A program made the position numbers and the translations under genes. DNA of 64,000 bases from positions 1-64,000 of the forward strand of contig CAMTVD010000035.1 of assembly GCA_947085095.1 (NCBI GenBank), read 5' to 3'. The notes under the pieces are model-generated. The model searched no databases, was not told the origin of the DNA, and saw only the letters and a program-made list of their open reading frames with translations. This DNA comes from an uncultured Thermus sp. (GTDB taxonomy: Bacteria; Deinococcota; Deinococci; Deinococcales; Thermaceae). Each line of letters starts with the position of its first letter. Position 1 is the stretch's first letter. Shown piece after piece: positions 47,280 to 60,820 of this stretch.

Positions 47280-48302
47280 CTACTCCCCCTCTTCCTCGCT
47301 GGCGGAAAGCACCACCTCGCCCGCCCGTTCCAGCACCTTGGCGCGAATCTCCTCCCGGAGCTCGGGGCGCTCCCTCAGGTACTCGGCCGCCTTCTCCTTG
47401 CCCTGGCCCAGGCGGTGCTCCCCGTAGGAGAACCAGGAGCCGGCCTTCTCAATGACGTTTGCGGCCACCGCCACGTTGACCAGGTCCATGATGGGGTCCA
47501 GACCCTTGCCGAAGTAGATCTCCAGCTCGGCCTCGCGGAAAGGAGGGGCCAGCTTGTTCTTCACCACCTTGACCTTGACCTTGATCCCCACGGCCTCGTT
47601 GCCCACCTTGATGGGCTGGCCGCTTTTGCGCACATCCAGGCGCACGCTGGAGTAGAACTTGAGGGCCCTTCCCCCCGGGGTGGTCTCGGGGTTGCCGTAC
47701 ATGACCCCCACCTTCTCCCGCACCTGGTTGATGAAGATGGCGGCGGTGTTGCTCTTGGAGAGGACAGCGGTGAGCTTCCTCAGGGCCTGGCTCATGAGCC
47801 GGGCCTGGAGGCCCACGTGGGCATCCCCCATCTCCCCCTCAATCTCCGCCTTGGGCACCAGGGCGGCCACGGAGTCCACCACGATCACGTCCACCGCCCC
47901 CGAGCGGGCCAGGAGCTCCACGATCTCCAGGGCCTGCTCCCCGGTGTCCGGCTGGGAAACCAGGAGGTCCTCCACCTTGACCCCCAGCTTCCCCGCATAA
48001 AGGGGATCCAGGGCGTGCTCCGCGTCCACAAAGGCCGCCACCCCGCCCTGCTTCTGGGCCTGGGCGATGATGGTGAGGGCCAGGGTGGTCTTCCCCCCCG
48101 ATTCCGGCCCGTAGATCTCCGTGACCCGCCCCCGGGGAATGCCCCCGATGCCCAGGGCCAGGTCCAGGCCCAAGGAGCCCGTGGGGATCACGTCCACCTG
48201 GAGCTTGGGCATCTCCCCCAGGCGCATGACCGCGCCCTTGCCGAACTCCTTCTCAATGGTCTTCAGCGCGTTCTCTAAGGCCTTCTTCTTGTTCTCGTCC
48301 AT
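47280..48302 (-). CDS. recA: Recombinase A
   Basis: [33 protein letters not shown]. Confidence 0.99.
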   Translation of the reverse strand: MDENKKKALENALKTIEKEFGKGAVMRLGEMPKLQVDVIPTGSLGLDLALGIGGIPRGRVTEIYGPESGGKTTLALTIIAQAQKQGGVAAFVDAEHALDPLYAGKLGVKVEDLLVSQPDTGEQALEIVELLARSGAVDVIVVDSVAALVPKAEIEGEMGDAHVGLQARLMSQALRKLTAVLSKSNTAAIFINQVREKVGVMYGNPETTPGGRALKFYSSVRLDVRKSGQPIKVGNEAVGIKVKVKVVKNKLAPPFREAELEIYFGKGLDPIMDLVNVAVAANVIEKAGSWFSYGEHRLGQGKEKAAEYLRERPELREEIRAKVLERAGEVVLSASEEEGE

Positions 48303-48846
48303 GATCACCTCGCAAAGGAAATTTCTCCAGAATCGTGTAAACGGGTCCCCGGGGTTTGAGCTCTGAGCGCACCAGGGCGAACTCGGACACGGGCCAGCTG
48401 AGGCCGAAGACCAGCGGGGGGACCCTGGGGGCAGGGGCCTTGCGCCGGGCCAGGGTGATGTGGGGCTTGAAGGCCCTCTCCCCCTCCGCCTCCAAGGCCT
48501 CCTCCCCCAGAATCTCCTTCACCCCCTCCCGCAGGCCCTGGGCCAGGAGGGAAAACCCCTCCCCCTCGGCCTTGGCGAACCAGACCCTGGGCGCGCCCTC
48601 GTTGGGGAAGTAGCCGGTGCCCCGCAAGGAGGCGGTGAAGGGGGGCACCTTCCGTCCCAGGCGGTGGCCCAGGGCGATCAGGTCCTCGAGGTCCCCTTCA
48701 GGCCTTTCCCCCAGGAAGAGGAGGGTGAGGTGGAGCTGGTGGGGGGGGACCTCCTTCCAGCCCTTGTAGCGGGAAACCTTTTCCTGGGCGGCCACCAGGG
48801 CCCGCCTCACGTCCTCGGGTAGGAAAACCGCGTAGAAAAGCCTCAT
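48253..48846 (-). CDS. thpR: RNA 2',3'-cyclic phosphodiesterase
   Basis: MRLFYA; two HxT motifs (HLTL, HITL); lies between cinA and recA. Confidence 0.92.
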   Translation of the reverse strand: MRLFYAVFLPEDVRRALVAAQEKVSRYKGWKEVPPHQLHLTLLFLGERPEGDLEDLIALGHRLGRKVPPFTASLRGTGYFPNEGAPRVWFAKAEGEGFSLLAQGLREGVKEILGEEALEAEGERAFKPHITLARRKAPAPRVPPLVFGLSWPVSEFALVRSELKPRGPVYTILEKFPLRGDHGREQEEGLRERAEDH

Positions 48847-50027
48847 GTCACCAGGAGGGCTAAGGCGGCGTACACGCTCCGAAGCCTCACCGCCTCCCGG
48901 TCCCCGGGGAAGCGGTACCGCCTGGCCTCCACCCCCTTGGGTCCGGCCAGGGCCACGTAGACCGTGCCCACAGCCTCCCCTTCCAGGGGGTCCGGCCCCG
49001 CCACGCCCGTGGTGGAAAGGGCGTAGGTGGACCCGAAAAGCGCCCGGGCGGCCTCCGCCATGGCCTTGGCCGTCTCGGCGGAGACCGTCTTGGCGAGGAG
49101 TTCCTCCGGCACACCGAAGCGGGCCTTGGCCCCTAGGGAATAGGATACCACGCCCCCCAGGAAGAAACGGCTGGCCCCGGGCACGCGGGTGATCTCCGCC
49201 CCCAAAAGCCCCCCGGTGAGGCTTTCCATGGTGGAAAGGGTGGCCCCCTCCAACTCCAGGCGCCTCTGCACCGCCTCGGCCAGGGTGAGCTCCCCTTCTC
49301 CCCAGACCTCCTTGATGAGCCTCTTCTTGATTTTCTCCGAGAGCTCGGCCACCAGGTCCTCCTGGCCCCGCACCACCACCTCCACCCCGTGGAGCTTGGG
49401 GTAGGTGCCCACCTCCACCGCCTCCCCCCGGAGGAAGAGATCCCCAAGCCGCTCCACGATCTCCGACTCCCCCACGCCCCAGGTCTTCAGCACCCGCTTG
49501 GCGTAGGCCCTTTTGGGCAGGGCCAGCCTGGGGAGCACCTCCTGCCACATGGGCCGCCACTCCGGGGGTGGACCCGGGAGGAGGACCAGGTCCTTGCCCG
49601 CTTTGCGCACCCACCAGCCGGGGGCGGTGCCGTGGGGGTTTTCCAGCCAGCGGGCCGAGGGGATCTTCAGGGCCTGTTTGCGGTTGGCCTCGGGCATGGG
49701 GCGGCCCCGGGCGCGGAAGAGGGCCTCAATCCGGGAAAGCACAGCCTCGTCCAGCTCCAAAGGCTCCCCCAGGGCCAGGGCCACCGCCTCCCGGGTCACG
49801 TCGTCGGGGGTGGGGCCCAGGCCCCCGGAGAGGACCAGGAGGCGGGCCCGCTCCCAGGCCTCGGCCACCTCCCGGGCCAGGGGGGGGATCTCGTCCACCA
49901 CCCTCAGGGTCCTCTCCACCTTGAGGGCGTAGGCCTCGAGGCTTCTGGCGATCTCCGCGGTGTTGGTGTCCAGGGTCTCCCCGTGGATGAGCTCCGTGCC
50001 TACGCCGATGATCTCTGCCCGCTCCAT
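48843..50027 (-). CDS. cinA: CinA (ADP-ribose pyrophosphatase/NMN deamidase)
   Basis: [30 protein letters not shown]. Confidence 0.93.
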   Translation of the reverse strand: MERAEIIGVGTELIHGETLDTNTAEIARSLEAYALKVERTLRVVDEIPPLAREVAEAWERARLLVLSGGLGPTPDDVTREAVALALGEPLELDEAVLSRIEALFRARGRPMPEANRKQALKIPSARWLENPHGTAPGWWVRKAGKDLVLLPGPPPEWRPMWQEVLPRLALPKRAYAKRVLKTWGVGESEIVERLGDLFLRGEAVEVGTYPKLHGVEVVVRGQEDLVAELSEKIKKRLIKEVWGEGELTLAEAVQRRLELEGATLSTMESLTGGLLGAEITRVPGASRFFLGGVVSYSLGAKARFGVPEELLAKTVSAETAKAMAEAARALFGSTYALSTTGVAGPDPLEGEAVGTVYVALAGPKGVEARRYRFPGDREAVRLRSVYAALALLVT

Positions 50028-50773
50028 AACGCCTCCTCAAAGGGATAGGCGAGGAGGAGGTACGCCCCCCCGCCCCCCGTCACCACCGTTCCCAAGGGCA
50101 CCTCCTTGCGCACCAGCCCCAGGCCCAGATGGCCGAAGGGGGTTTCTTCCAGGCGCTTCACCGCCCCCACCCGCTTGCCCTCCAGGAAGAGCTCCCCCCT
50201 CTCCCCCGGCTCCAGGACCTCGAGGCCCACCAGGCGGTAGGGGACCTCCTTCCCCTCGGTGCGGGCCATGATCTCCTGGCCCACGTAGCACCCCTTGCCG
50301 TAGTCCACCAGGGGAAGAAGGCCCACGCTCTGGGGAAGCTCCCCGCGGATGTCCTCCAAAAGGGGAATCCCCTTGAGGAGGGCGTAGACGGGGAAGATCT
50401 CCGGAGGAAGCCCCCCTTCTCCCCTTTGGGCCACCTCCTCCCGGCCGTCGGTGTGAAGGAGGCGGAAGAGGGGAAGCTCCTCTAGCTCCACCTGGTCAAA
50501 GATGATGTAGCGCTCCAGGCGCGCCTTCAGGCCCATAAGGGTACCCCAAGGGGCCAGGAGAAAGCCCTCAGGGTGGGGAAAGAGGGTGGCGGCCTCCTCA
50601 ATCTGGCCCTTATGGTTCAGGAAGAGGACCCCGGCGGGGCCCTGAAACCGCCCCAGGTCGCGGGTGGCCTGGCCCTGCAGGAAGCTGAAGGCATCGGGGC
50701 CCTTGAGGAGGAGAAGCCCGGGGAAGGCGAAGAACCCTTCTCCGGCCAGGGCTTTTTTCAAGGCGTCCTCCAT
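50000..50773 (-). CDS. YgfZ/GcvT-like folate-binding protein
   Basis: GPDA..FLQGQ and KGCYVGQE signature. Confidence 0.85.
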   Translation of the reverse strand: MEDALKKALAGEGFFAFPGLLLLKGPDAFSFLQGQATRDLGRFQGPAGVLFLNHKGQIEEAATLFPHPEGFLLAPWGTLMGLKARLERYIIFDQVELEELPLFRLLHTDGREEVAQRGEGGLPPEIFPVYALLKGIPLLEDIRGELPQSVGLLPLVDYGKGCYVGQEIMARTEGKEVPYRLVGLEVLEPGERGELFLEGKRVGAVKRLEETPFGHLGLGLVRKEVPLGTVVTGGGGAYLLLAYPFEEALWSGQRSSA

Positions 50774-50811
50774 GCTCCCCATTATTGACCAAAGGGTCAG
50801 CAAGGAGGAGA

Positions 50812-51852
50812 ATGGCGGACGTGCGCTTTTTCCTAGGGGCCTTCCTCTCCCTTTTCCTGGTGGGCGTGGTGGTGGCCTTACCCGGGGCCGCCCTTCCCCA
50901 CTGGCGGAAAGCCTTCGGGGTGGAGGAGGAGGTTTCCTGGTTCTTCGCCGCCCTCCTCCTGGGGCTTTTCCTGGGAATCCGCCTGGCCCAAGGGGAACGG
51001 CGCCACCCCCTCTTTCCCGGGGCCCTCCTCCTCCTGGCCCTGGCCTTGTTGGGGGTGGCCCTGGCCGAAAGCTTCCTTTGGGTGGTGGCCCTGGCCTTTT
51101 TCCTGGGTCTGGCGGAAGGGGTCATGAACGTGCACGGGAACAGCCTGGTGGGGGAGCTCTACCCCGAGCGCCGGGTGGAGCTGGTCAACCGGGTGAACGT
51201 GGGCTTCGGCCTGGGGGCGGTCTCCACCCCCTTGGCCCTCACCCTCCTGCCCTACGCCACCTTCCTCCTCCTGGCGGGCCTTTTGGCCCTCCTGGCCGCC
51301 CTTTTGGTCTGGGAGGCCCCGGCGGTGAAGAGCCTTCCCCGGGGAAGGGCCATGGGCCTCCTCCCCTTCCTCCTGGCCGTGGCCCTGTACACGGGCCTCG
51401 AGGGGGCCTTGGCCACCTGGAACCGGGTGTGGCTGGAGCGCCTGGGCCACGCCACGGCCACGGGCGGGGTCCTCCTCTCCCTTTACTGGCTCTTCCTGGC
51501 CCTGGGGAGGCTGTTTTTGGCCAGGCCGGTGGCGGAAAGACCCCTGGCCGCCCTGCGCGGCCTCCTCCTAGGGGTCCTTCTCCTCCTTCTCCTCAACCTC
51601 TTTCCCCCCACCGCCCTCCTCTTCCCCTTGGCGGGGTTTCTGCTGGGCCCCCTCTTCTCTACCCTCTTCGCCCTGGTCCAAACCCGCTTCGGCCACCGGG
51701 CCCTGGGGGGGCTCCTCTACGCCGGGGCGGCGGGGAGCACCCTGATCCCCGCCCTCTTCGCCCTCCTGCCCCTTCCAGGCATTCCCTTCGGGCTCCTCGG
51801 CCTCGCCCTGGGGCTCTTTCTCCTGGTAAGCGTTTTACAGAAGGATGCTTAG
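50812..51852 (+). CDS. MFS transporter
   Basis: Multiple TM helices, PGAALP, YTGLEG, GP.F; AAGGAGG RBS. Confidence 0.75.
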   Translation: MADVRFFLGAFLSLFLVGVVVALPGAALPHWRKAFGVEEEVSWFFAALLLGLFLGIRLAQGERRHPLFPGALLLLALALLGVALAESFLWVVALAFFLGLAEGVMNVHGNSLVGELYPERRVELVNRVNVGFGLGAVSTPLALTLLPYATFLLLAGLLALLAALLVWEAPAVKSLPRGRAMGLLPFLLAVALYTGLEGALATWNRVWLERLGHATATGGVLLSLYWLFLALGRLFLARPVAERPLAALRGLLLGVLLLLLLNLFPPTALLFPLAGFLLGPLFSTLFALVQTRFGHRALGGLLYAGAAGSTLIPALFALLPLPGIPFGLLGLALGLFLLVSVLQKDA

Positions 51853-52471
51853 GGCCCTCCTCTTTGACCTGGACGGCACCCTGGCGGACACCGATCCCCT
51901 GCACCTTTTGGCCTGGCGGGAGGTCCTGAGGCCCTTTGGCCTTCCGTTGGATCCCCCCTTCTACCGGGAGCGCATCTCGGGAAGGCTCAACCCCGAGATC
52001 GTGCGGGACCTCCTGGGGCTGGAGGGGGAAGAAGCCCAGGGGCTTATAGAGGCCAAAGAAGCTCGCTTCCGGGAGCTGGCCCAAGGCCTTAAGCCCACGC
52101 CGGGGCTTAGGGAGCTCCTGGGCCTGGCGCAAGGGAAGGGCCTCCTTTGGGGCGTGGTCACCAACGCCCCCAAGGAGAATGCCCGCCACGTGCTGAAGGC
52201 TCTGGGACTGGACCCGCCCCTCCTGGTCCTGGCCGAGGAAGTGGGCCGGGGCAAGCCCGACCCCCTCCCCTACCGGGTGGCCCTGGAGCGTCTGGGGGTG
52301 GGGCCGGAGGAGGCCCTGGCCTTTGAGGACTCTCCCTCCGGGGTAAGGAGCGCCGTGGGGGCGGGGATTAGGACCTATGCCCTCCTCACGGGGCACGAGG
52401 AGAAGGCGCTTCTCAAAGCAGGGGCCCAAGGGACCCTGAAGGATTTCCGGGAAGCCCTAGGCCTCCTTTAG
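51845..52471 (+). CDS. HAD-family phosphatase
   Basis: FDLDGTL, VTN, KPDP..Y, FEDS..G. Confidence 0.9.
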   Translation: MLRALLFDLDGTLADTDPLHLLAWREVLRPFGLPLDPPFYRERISGRLNPEIVRDLLGLEGEEAQGLIEAKEARFRELAQGLKPTPGLRELLGLAQGKGLLWGVVTNAPKENARHVLKALGLDPPLLVLAEEVGRGKPDPLPYRVALERLGVGPEEALAFEDSPSGVRSAVGAGIRTYALLTGHEEKALLKAGAQGTLKDFREALGLL

Positions 52472-53542
52472 GGCGTACTTGAGGAAAGCCGCCTCGTCAA
52501 AGCGGGCCTCTACCAGGTCCTCCCAGTAGAGCCACCCCTCGCGGAAGGCGGGGAAGTCCAGAAATCCTCCCTCTGCCTTGAGGTGGAAGGCCAGCTCGTT
52601 GGGCTCCGTGACCCCCTGCTGGAAGGCGAGGAGGGCGGACTGGTAGGCCCCGAAACTGCTCTGGGCCTGGCTTCCCACCATGGCCCGTTTGCCCTTCTCC
52701 CGGGCCAGGGAGAGCATCTCCAGGGTCCAGGTGGCCCCGGTGCGGGCGGGCTTGAGGTTCAGGATGTCAAAGGTGTCCAGGAGAAGCTCCCGCCTGAGGT
52801 CCTTCGGGGTCATGGCGCTGTCGTCGGCGATGAGGGGGAGGACCTTCTTCTCCCTTAGCCGCCTCCTGGCCTCCACCTCCTCTATGGGCAGGGGCTCTTC
52901 CACGTAGAGGAGGCCAAGCTCCTTCCAGGCCTGGAGGTAGGCCTCCGCCTCCTTGGGGTTCAGGGCCTCGTTGGCATCGGCGTAGAGGTCCACCTCGGGG
53001 AAGGCCTCCTTGAGGCGCTGGATCCGCTCCGTGTCCCCCTTTAGGTCCCGCCCCACCTTGACCTTGAAGACCCGAACCCCCGCCTCGTAGGCCATGCGGG
53101 CGTCTTCCAGCACCTCTTCCTCGGAGGAGAGGCCCAGGATGTAGGCCACCCGCACCCGGTGCTTGGCGGGCTTCAAGACCCGGTAAAGCTCCTCCCCCTC
53201 GCTCCTAGCCCAGGCCTCCCAGAGGGCCAGGTCCAGGGCTCCTTTTAGGGCGTGGTTGCAGGGGAAGCTCTCCAGCACAGCGCGGATGGCCTCCTGGTCA
53301 TCGGCCTCGAGGCCCAGAAGCTTAGGCCTCAGGTAGGCGAGCCCCCCAGCCACGCTTCCCCAGGTCTCCCCATAGATGGTGGGCCTGATGGCCACCTCAG
53401 CCCGGCCCAGGGAGCCCTCGGAAAGCTCCACCTCCAGAAGGGCGTGCTCCAGGGCCGCCATCTCCGAGGCCTTCCCCCAGCGCAAGGGGGTCTTCAAGGG
53501 AATGCGGAAAGGGATGAGGCGAAGCTCCTTTATGGTCGCCAT
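52457..53542 (-). CDS. Enolase-superfamily enzyme (muconate-lactonising/epimerase subgroup)
   Basis: KVK, DANE, EEP, DDS, NLK catalytic pattern; TAGAAT 7 nt before ATG 53542. Confidence 0.8.
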   Translation of the reverse strand: MATIKELRLIPFRIPLKTPLRWGKASEMAALEHALLEVELSEGSLGRAEVAIRPTIYGETWGSVAGGLAYLRPKLLGLEADDQEAIRAVLESFPCNHALKGALDLALWEAWARSEGEELYRVLKPAKHRVRVAYILGLSSEEEVLEDARMAYEAGVRVFKVKVGRDLKGDTERIQRLKEAFPEVDLYADANEALNPKEAEAYLQAWKELGLLYVEEPLPIEEVEARRRLREKKVLPLIADDSAMTPKDLRRELLLDTFDILNLKPARTGATWTLEMLSLAREKGKRAMVGSQAQSSFGAYQSALLAFQQGVTEPNELAFHLKAEGGFLDFPAFREGWLYWEDLVEARFDEAAFLKYALKEA

Positions 53543-53552
53543 AAGGCCCATT

Positions 53553-54266
53553 CTAGAAGCCCTGGCCCCGGAGAAACTCCCGAACCGCCCGAAGCTCCGC
53601 CTCCAGGTCCATAACCTCCGTGTCCAGGACCAGGGCCCGGGGGTGGCCCCTTAGGAGGCGCAGGGGGCCTTCCGGGTCATAGTTCTTCTTCTCCTCGGCC
53701 ACGATCTTGAGCTTGGCCAAGACCTCCTCCACCGGGGCCAGGGCCAGGGCCTCGGCGAGCTCCTCCGGGGAGAGGACCCCCTGGGCGAGCTCATGGAGCC
53801 TCCCGGCCTCCTCCGGGGAGAGGGCCACCCGGTCAAAGGCGTCCTGGCGGGTGAGGAGGCGCTTTAAGCGGGTGATCTCCCGGGCCTGCAGGACCACGAA
53901 AAAGGCCTTGGGCAGGTGCTCCAGGGCAAAGGCCACCTCCTTCTCCCCCCTGAGGCCGTCAAAGAGGAGAAGGGGCTTGGGAACCACGTACCCCCGGTAG
54001 AGGACCTCGGCCACACCCCCCGGGAACTCTTCCCGGAAGCGCCGGGTGAGGCGGAAGCGCTCCTCCCGGGGAATGGGGGGCTTGGCCCCATAGCGGGGGA
54101 GGACGTAGCGGTCCACGAGCTCCCTGCGGTCGGGAAGCCGGGGCAGGTCCAGGGCCCTCGCCAGGGTGCTCTTCCCCACCCCCGTGAGGCCCACCAGGAT
54201 GAGGAGGGGAGCCTCCCGGGCAGGAAGGAGGCCGGGAAGGGGGTCCAGGGCAAAAAGGGCGCTCAC
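53553..54266 (-). CDS. P-loop NTPase/kinase-like hypothetical protein
   Basis: LVGLTGVGKST, FDGLRG. Confidence 0.7.
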   Translation of the reverse strand: MSALFALDPLPGLLPAREAPLLILVGLTGVGKSTLARALDLPRLPDRRELVDRYVLPRYGAKPPIPREERFRLTRRFREEFPGGVAEVLYRGYVVPKPLLLFDGLRGEKEVAFALEHLPKAFFVVLQAREITRLKRLLTRQDAFDRVALSPEEAGRLHELAQGVLSPEELAEALALAPVEEVLAKLKIVAEEKKNYDPEGPLRLLRGHPRALVLDTEVMDLEAELRAVREFLRGQGF

Positions 54267-54298
54267 GGCCCCATGGTACCTGGTATGATAGCGGGGAT

Positions 54299-54790
54299 AT
54301 GAAGCGCCTTCTTGCCACCCTCGGCCTTCTCCTCGGCCTGGCCCTGGCCCAGGCCCCGGCCTACCCGGAGAACACCGCAGGCTTCGGCTATAGCCCCGAC
54401 AAGGGCTTCTACCTGCAGGGGAGCCTGGTCCTGCCCGTGAGCCCCTTGGGGATAGATACCGGCCTGGACGCCCAGGTCCTCCTCTCCCAAAGCCCCGAAG
54501 TCCACACCCTCCTCAAGGCCAACCTCTTCCCGGGGCTGATCCTTGGGGACTTCTACACCTCCTTCGGCCTGGGCCTGGACCTCCGCTACCCCTTCGGGGT
54601 CCACCTGGGGCCCTTGGTGAGCCTCGAGGTCCCCGGCGGGGCCCTCTCCGGCTTCCTGGGCCTGGGGTACCAGGCGGGCTTCCACCTCGCCTGGGGGGCG
54701 GGCTTCCGCCTCTATCTGGAACCCTTGGCCCTGGAGATCTCCGCCTCGGACCGCTACCCCTTCCTCCTCGCCCTCCTCTACCTCTGGTAG
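54299..54790 (+). CDS. Exported hypothetical protein, possibly an outer-membrane beta-barrel
   Basis: Signal peptide ending ALA, amphipathic strands, terminal YLW. Confidence 0.65.
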   Translation: MKRLLATLGLLLGLALAQAPAYPENTAGFGYSPDKGFYLQGSLVLPVSPLGIDTGLDAQVLLSQSPEVHTLLKANLFPGLILGDFYTSFGLGLDLRYPFGVHLGPLVSLEVPGGALSGFLGLGYQAGFHLAWGAGFRLYLEPLALEISASDRYPFLLALLYLW

Positions 54791-54794
54791 CCCC

Positions 54795-55634
54795 GTGCGG
54801 CGGAAGCTTCCCCTCGCCCTCTTCTCCCTCCCGGCCCTCCTCACCCTAGGAGTCTTCGTCCTCTACCCCTTCTTGGACGTTATCCGCTTCTCCGCCTGGG
54901 ACTGGTCCGGCCTCTCCGAGCCCAAACCGGTGGGCCTCAAGAACTACCAGGACCTCCTCCAGGACCCCGCCTTCTGGGGTAGCCTCTGGGTCACCCTGAA
55001 GTTCATGCTCCTGGCCCTGCCCCTCTTCGTGGGGCTCTCCTTGGCCCTGGCCGTGGCCCTGGAAGGGGCCCCTTACGAGCGCTTCGCCAAAAGCCTCCTT
55101 TTCCTCCCCGGCCTGGTGACCCTGGGTGGGGCCACCCTGAGCTGGTACACCCTCTTCACCCCCGAGTACGGGGCCCTGGCCCAGTTCCTCCCCATCCCCC
55201 CCTGGGACCGGGAGGGGTTCTGGGCCCTGGTCATGGTGGTCCTCTTCACCCTGTGGCGGCACCTGGGCTACGGGGTCCTGGTGGCCTCCGCCCGGCTCAA
55301 GGCCATCCCCAAGACCCTCCTCGAGGCCGCCTACGTGGACGGGGCGGGGCCATGGGAGGCCTTCCGCCACGTGGTCCTGCCCCTCATGCGCCCCGCGGTG
55401 CTCTTCCTGGTGGTGGTGGGGACCATCCTCTCCCTGCAGTCCTACGCCGCCGTCTTCCTCCTCACCCGGGGCGGGCCCTACGGGGCCACCCGGGTCCTGG
55501 GCTACTACCTCTACGAAACGGGGTTTGAGAACTTCCGCCTGGGCTACGCCGCGGCGGTCACCGTGGTCATCCTCCTCCTCACCCTCCTCTTCGCCTACGC
55601 CCAGCTCAGGCTCCTCCGTCACGGGGAGGAGTAG
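54795..55634 (+). CDS. Carbohydrate ABC transporter permease
   Basis: VGLKNY, EAAYVDGA..F..V.LP, GGPY.AT, GYAAA. Confidence 0.88.
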   Translation: MRRKLPLALFSLPALLTLGVFVLYPFLDVIRFSAWDWSGLSEPKPVGLKNYQDLLQDPAFWGSLWVTLKFMLLALPLFVGLSLALAVALEGAPYERFAKSLLFLPGLVTLGGATLSWYTLFTPEYGALAQFLPIPPWDREGFWALVMVVLFTLWRHLGYGVLVASARLKAIPKTLLEAAYVDGAGPWEAFRHVVLPLMRPAVLFLVVVGTILSLQSYAAVFLLTRGGPYGATRVLGYYLYETGFENFRLGYAAAVTVVILLLTLLFAYAQLRLLRHGEE

Positions 55635-56632
55635 CGGTGGCGGGCCAGATCCCGCAGGTGCCCCTCAAAGTCGGTGTTCAGGAAGATCCTGCCCCTAGCG
55701 TGGAAGAAGTAGAGGTAAGGGCGGCCCTTTTCGTCGGTGCGTACGGGGTTGAGGACCGCCAGGAGGGCCGCCCGCCCGGGGTTGGCGATGGGCCCTGGGG
55801 GGAGGCCCCGGTAGCGGTAGGTGTTGTAGGGGGAGTCCACGGCGAAGTCCCCGGCGGGGCGGGAGAGCTCAGGGAGGCTTTTGCCCAAGGCGTAAGCCAC
55901 GGTGGGGTCCGCCTGCAGGGGCATCTCCCTCTCTAGCCGGTTCAGGAAGACCCCGGCGATCTTGGGCATCTCCTCCTCCCTTCCCGCCTCCACCTGGACG
56001 ATGGAGGCCAGGGTCACCCAGGCGTGGACGGAAAGCCCCCGCTCCTGCAAAAGCCTCCGCACCGGGGGGGTGAGCTCCGCCTCAAAGCGGCGGAGCATGG
56101 CCCGCACCACCTCCTCCGGGGTGGCCAGGAGGTCAAAGGTGTAGGTGGCGGGGAAGAGGTAGCCCTCTAAGGTCCTCCCCTCCACATAAGGGGGCTTCAA
56201 AGCCCCGGGGCCTTCCACCAGGCGCAGGAAGCCCTCCCCGTCCAGCCCCGCCCCGGAAAGCCTTCTGACGTAGTCCACCGCCCTTTCCCCCTCGGGGAAG
56301 GTGAGGGTCACGGCGAGGGGCCTCTTTTCCCCGGTGAGGGCCCGGGCCAGGCGGAAGGCCCCCTCCCCCTCGAGGCGGTAGACCCCGGGCACAAGGCGCC
56401 TTTCCCGGCCGGAGAAGCGGAGGTAGGCGGAAAAGAGGTAGGCGGAGCGGAGAAGCCCCGCCTCCTCCAGGATCCGGGCCGCATCCACCCCCTTCGCCCC
56501 CCTGGGGATGCGCACCACCGCCTCCTTCCCCGTGGGGCCCAAGAGCCAAAGGGCGTAGAGGAGGAGAAGGGCGAAGGTGAGGAAGAAAACCCAAACCCCC
56601 CGCCAAAGCCACGCCCTAGAGCCTTCGGGCAA
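55619..56632 (-). CDS. mltG: Endolytic transglycosylase
   Basis: [40 protein letters not shown]. Confidence 0.93.
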   Translation of the reverse strand: MPEGSRAWLWRGVWVFFLTFALLLLYALWLLGPTGKEAVVRIPRGAKGVDAARILEEAGLLRSAYLFSAYLRFSGRERRLVPGVYRLEGEGAFRLARALTGEKRPLAVTLTFPEGERAVDYVRRLSGAGLDGEGFLRLVEGPGALKPPYVEGRTLEGYLFPATYTFDLLATPEEVVRAMLRRFEAELTPPVRRLLQERGLSVHAWVTLASIVQVEAGREEEMPKIAGVFLNRLEREMPLQADPTVAYALGKSLPELSRPAGDFAVDSPYNTYRYRGLPPGPIANPGRAALLAVLNPVRTDEKGRPYLYFFHARGRIFLNTDFEGHLRDLARHRYSSP

Positions 56633-57023
56633 GGTACCCCTCCAGAAGGACCACAGCGCTCATCTCGTCCAGCTTGCCCTTATCCCGCCGCACCCGCTTG
56701 GGAGCGTGCTGAAGGCGGGCCAGGGCCGCCTGGGTGGTGTAGCGCTCGTCCAAGAGTTCCACCTCCACCCCCCTCGCCCTCAAGGCCTCCACCAGGGGGA
56801 GGACCCGCCCCGCCTGGGCGCTTTCCCTCATATCCGTGCGCAGGGGAAGGCCCACGATGAGCTTGGATAGCCCCTCCCGGCGCACGAAGTCCAGAAGGGC
56901 CTCCACGTCCTCTTCCAGGCCCCGGCGCACCAGGTACCCCCGGCCGAAGGCAAAGGGAAGGCCTTCCTCCCCCACGGCCAGGCCGATCCGGGCCTCCCCC
57001 ACGTCAAGCGCGCCCACCCGCAT
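56616..57023 (-). CDS. ruvX: YqgF/RuvX nuclease
   Basis: ALDVG..RIGLA, VGLP, DERYTT, D..SA. Confidence 0.92.
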   Translation of the reverse strand: MRVGALDVGEARIGLAVGEEGLPFAFGRGYLVRRGLEEDVEALLDFVRREGLSKLIVGLPLRTDMRESAQAGRVLPLVEALRARGVEVELLDERYTTQAALARLQHAPKRVRRDKGKLDEMSAVVLLEGYLARRL

Positions 57024-57690
57024 AGCGCACGCTTCGGTCCGCCAGGGCCACCCCCAGGTAGAGGAGGGTGATTCCCAGGGCCCGCCCCACCTCCTCCAGG
57101 CCCACCACCCCGAAGCGGTTCAGGGTACTGGTGGAGGCCAGGATGAGGGCGGCGAGGAAGATGAGGGCCGTGCCCTGAGCCCTCATGGGGTTCCTGCGCC
57201 AGAAGAGGAGGGTGGTGTAGAGGGCCACCCCCGCCAGGAGGAGCGTACCCAGGAGGTTGAAGGGGATGGTCCAGAGCCGGGGGGAGGTGAGGCTTGGGGG
57301 CGGGAAGGCGGCCCCGGAGGGGGTGTAGGGCTCGGGGAGCCGGGCGAAGTCCAGGGGGGCCGAGGCCACCAGATAAAAGCCGTAGAGGATCAAGGGGGAA
57401 AGGAGGAAAAGAAGCCCCCGGGCGGCCTTGGGGTTCAGGAGGGCCAGGCTCCCCAGGCCCAAAAAGGTCACCCCGTGCATGGCCCCGGTGAAGTACCAGA
57501 GGCGGTAGAGGAAGGGGTCCCAGGCCCCTAGGAGCCGGGAGACCAGCTCCGCGGACACCGCCAGGGCGAAGAAGAGAAGCCCCAGGCTGTAGAGGGCGTT
57601 GTGCAGCGAGGGCCGTTTCCGGTAGCGGCCAAAGGTGAGGGCGAAGAGGCCCCAGGAGAGGGCCACCGCCAAAGCGCTGAGGAGGATCAT
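57004..57690 (-). CDS. Multi-pass membrane hypothetical protein
   Basis: About 7 hydrophobic helices; TAAAAT 6 nt before ATG. Confidence 0.7.
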   Translation of the reverse strand: MILLSALAVALSWGLFALTFGRYRKRPSLHNALYSLGLLFFALAVSAELVSRLLGAWDPFLYRLWYFTGAMHGVTFLGLGSLALLNPKAARGLLFLLSPLILYGFYLVASAPLDFARLPEPYTPSGAAFPPPSLTSPRLWTIPFNLLGTLLLAGVALYTTLLFWRRNPMRAQGTALIFLAALILASTSTLNRFGVVGLEEVGRALGITLLYLGVALADRSVRYAGGRA

Positions 57691-57699
57691 GCCCCTATT

Positions 57700-60348
<2,649 letters not shown>

Positions 60349-60500
60349 GGCTTTGATTATAGGGTCTGGACCCACGAAGCGGGCGATCCGGACCCTGGCC
60401 TCGAGGGAGCAAGCCCGAACAGCCTCCCGGGCCTCCCCCCGGACCCGGAAGCCGCAGAGGGCGGCCTCCCGCACGCCGCTTGATGCCTTAAACTTAGCCC

Positions 60501-60776
60501 ATGAAGGTTCAGATGCGCCGCTACACCCTGAAGGAAGGGGCCAGGGAGGCTTTCCAGAAGGTCTTTTTGGAGACCATCGTCCCCCTGCGCCGGGCCCTGG
60601 GCTTCCAGGTCCTCGGGGCCTACTGGCTCTCGGAGCGGGAGTTCTTGTGGTTCGTGGGCCACGAGAACTTTGAGGAGGCGGAAAAGGCCTACTACGAGCA
60701 TCCCGAACGGCAAAAGGTGAGGCCCCAGGAGTTCCTGGAGGCGATAGACACCCGCTTCGTGGAACGCCTCTTGTAG
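60501..60776 (+). CDS. NIPSNAP-like small protein
   Basis: MRRYTLKEG..F, PLR..GF.V.G pattern; TAAACT 6 nt before ATG. Confidence 0.7.
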   Translation: MKVQMRRYTLKEGAREAFQKVFLETIVPLRRALGFQVLGAYWLSEREFLWFVGHENFEEAEKAYYEHPERQKVRPQEFLEAIDTRFVERLL

Positions 60777-60820
60777 CCCCGGCCACGCCAGAGCCCTCCC
60801 CCCGGGGTAAGCTTGGGGGG

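Noticed and set aside
48253..48302. 50-nt overlap of thpR with recA, and the convergent overlap of dusA with the TPR gene
   Set aside because: Such overlaps are common in the compact Thermus genome, and cinA-thpR-recA is a known conserved operon.
60361..60480. Hairpin (AGGGTCTGGA/TCCGGACCCT) and open frame upstream of alaS as a T-box or leader
   Set aside because: No T-box consensus was seen, and a TATAAT 7 nt before the ATG suggests leaderless alaS. A gene remnant cannot be excluded but is unsupported.
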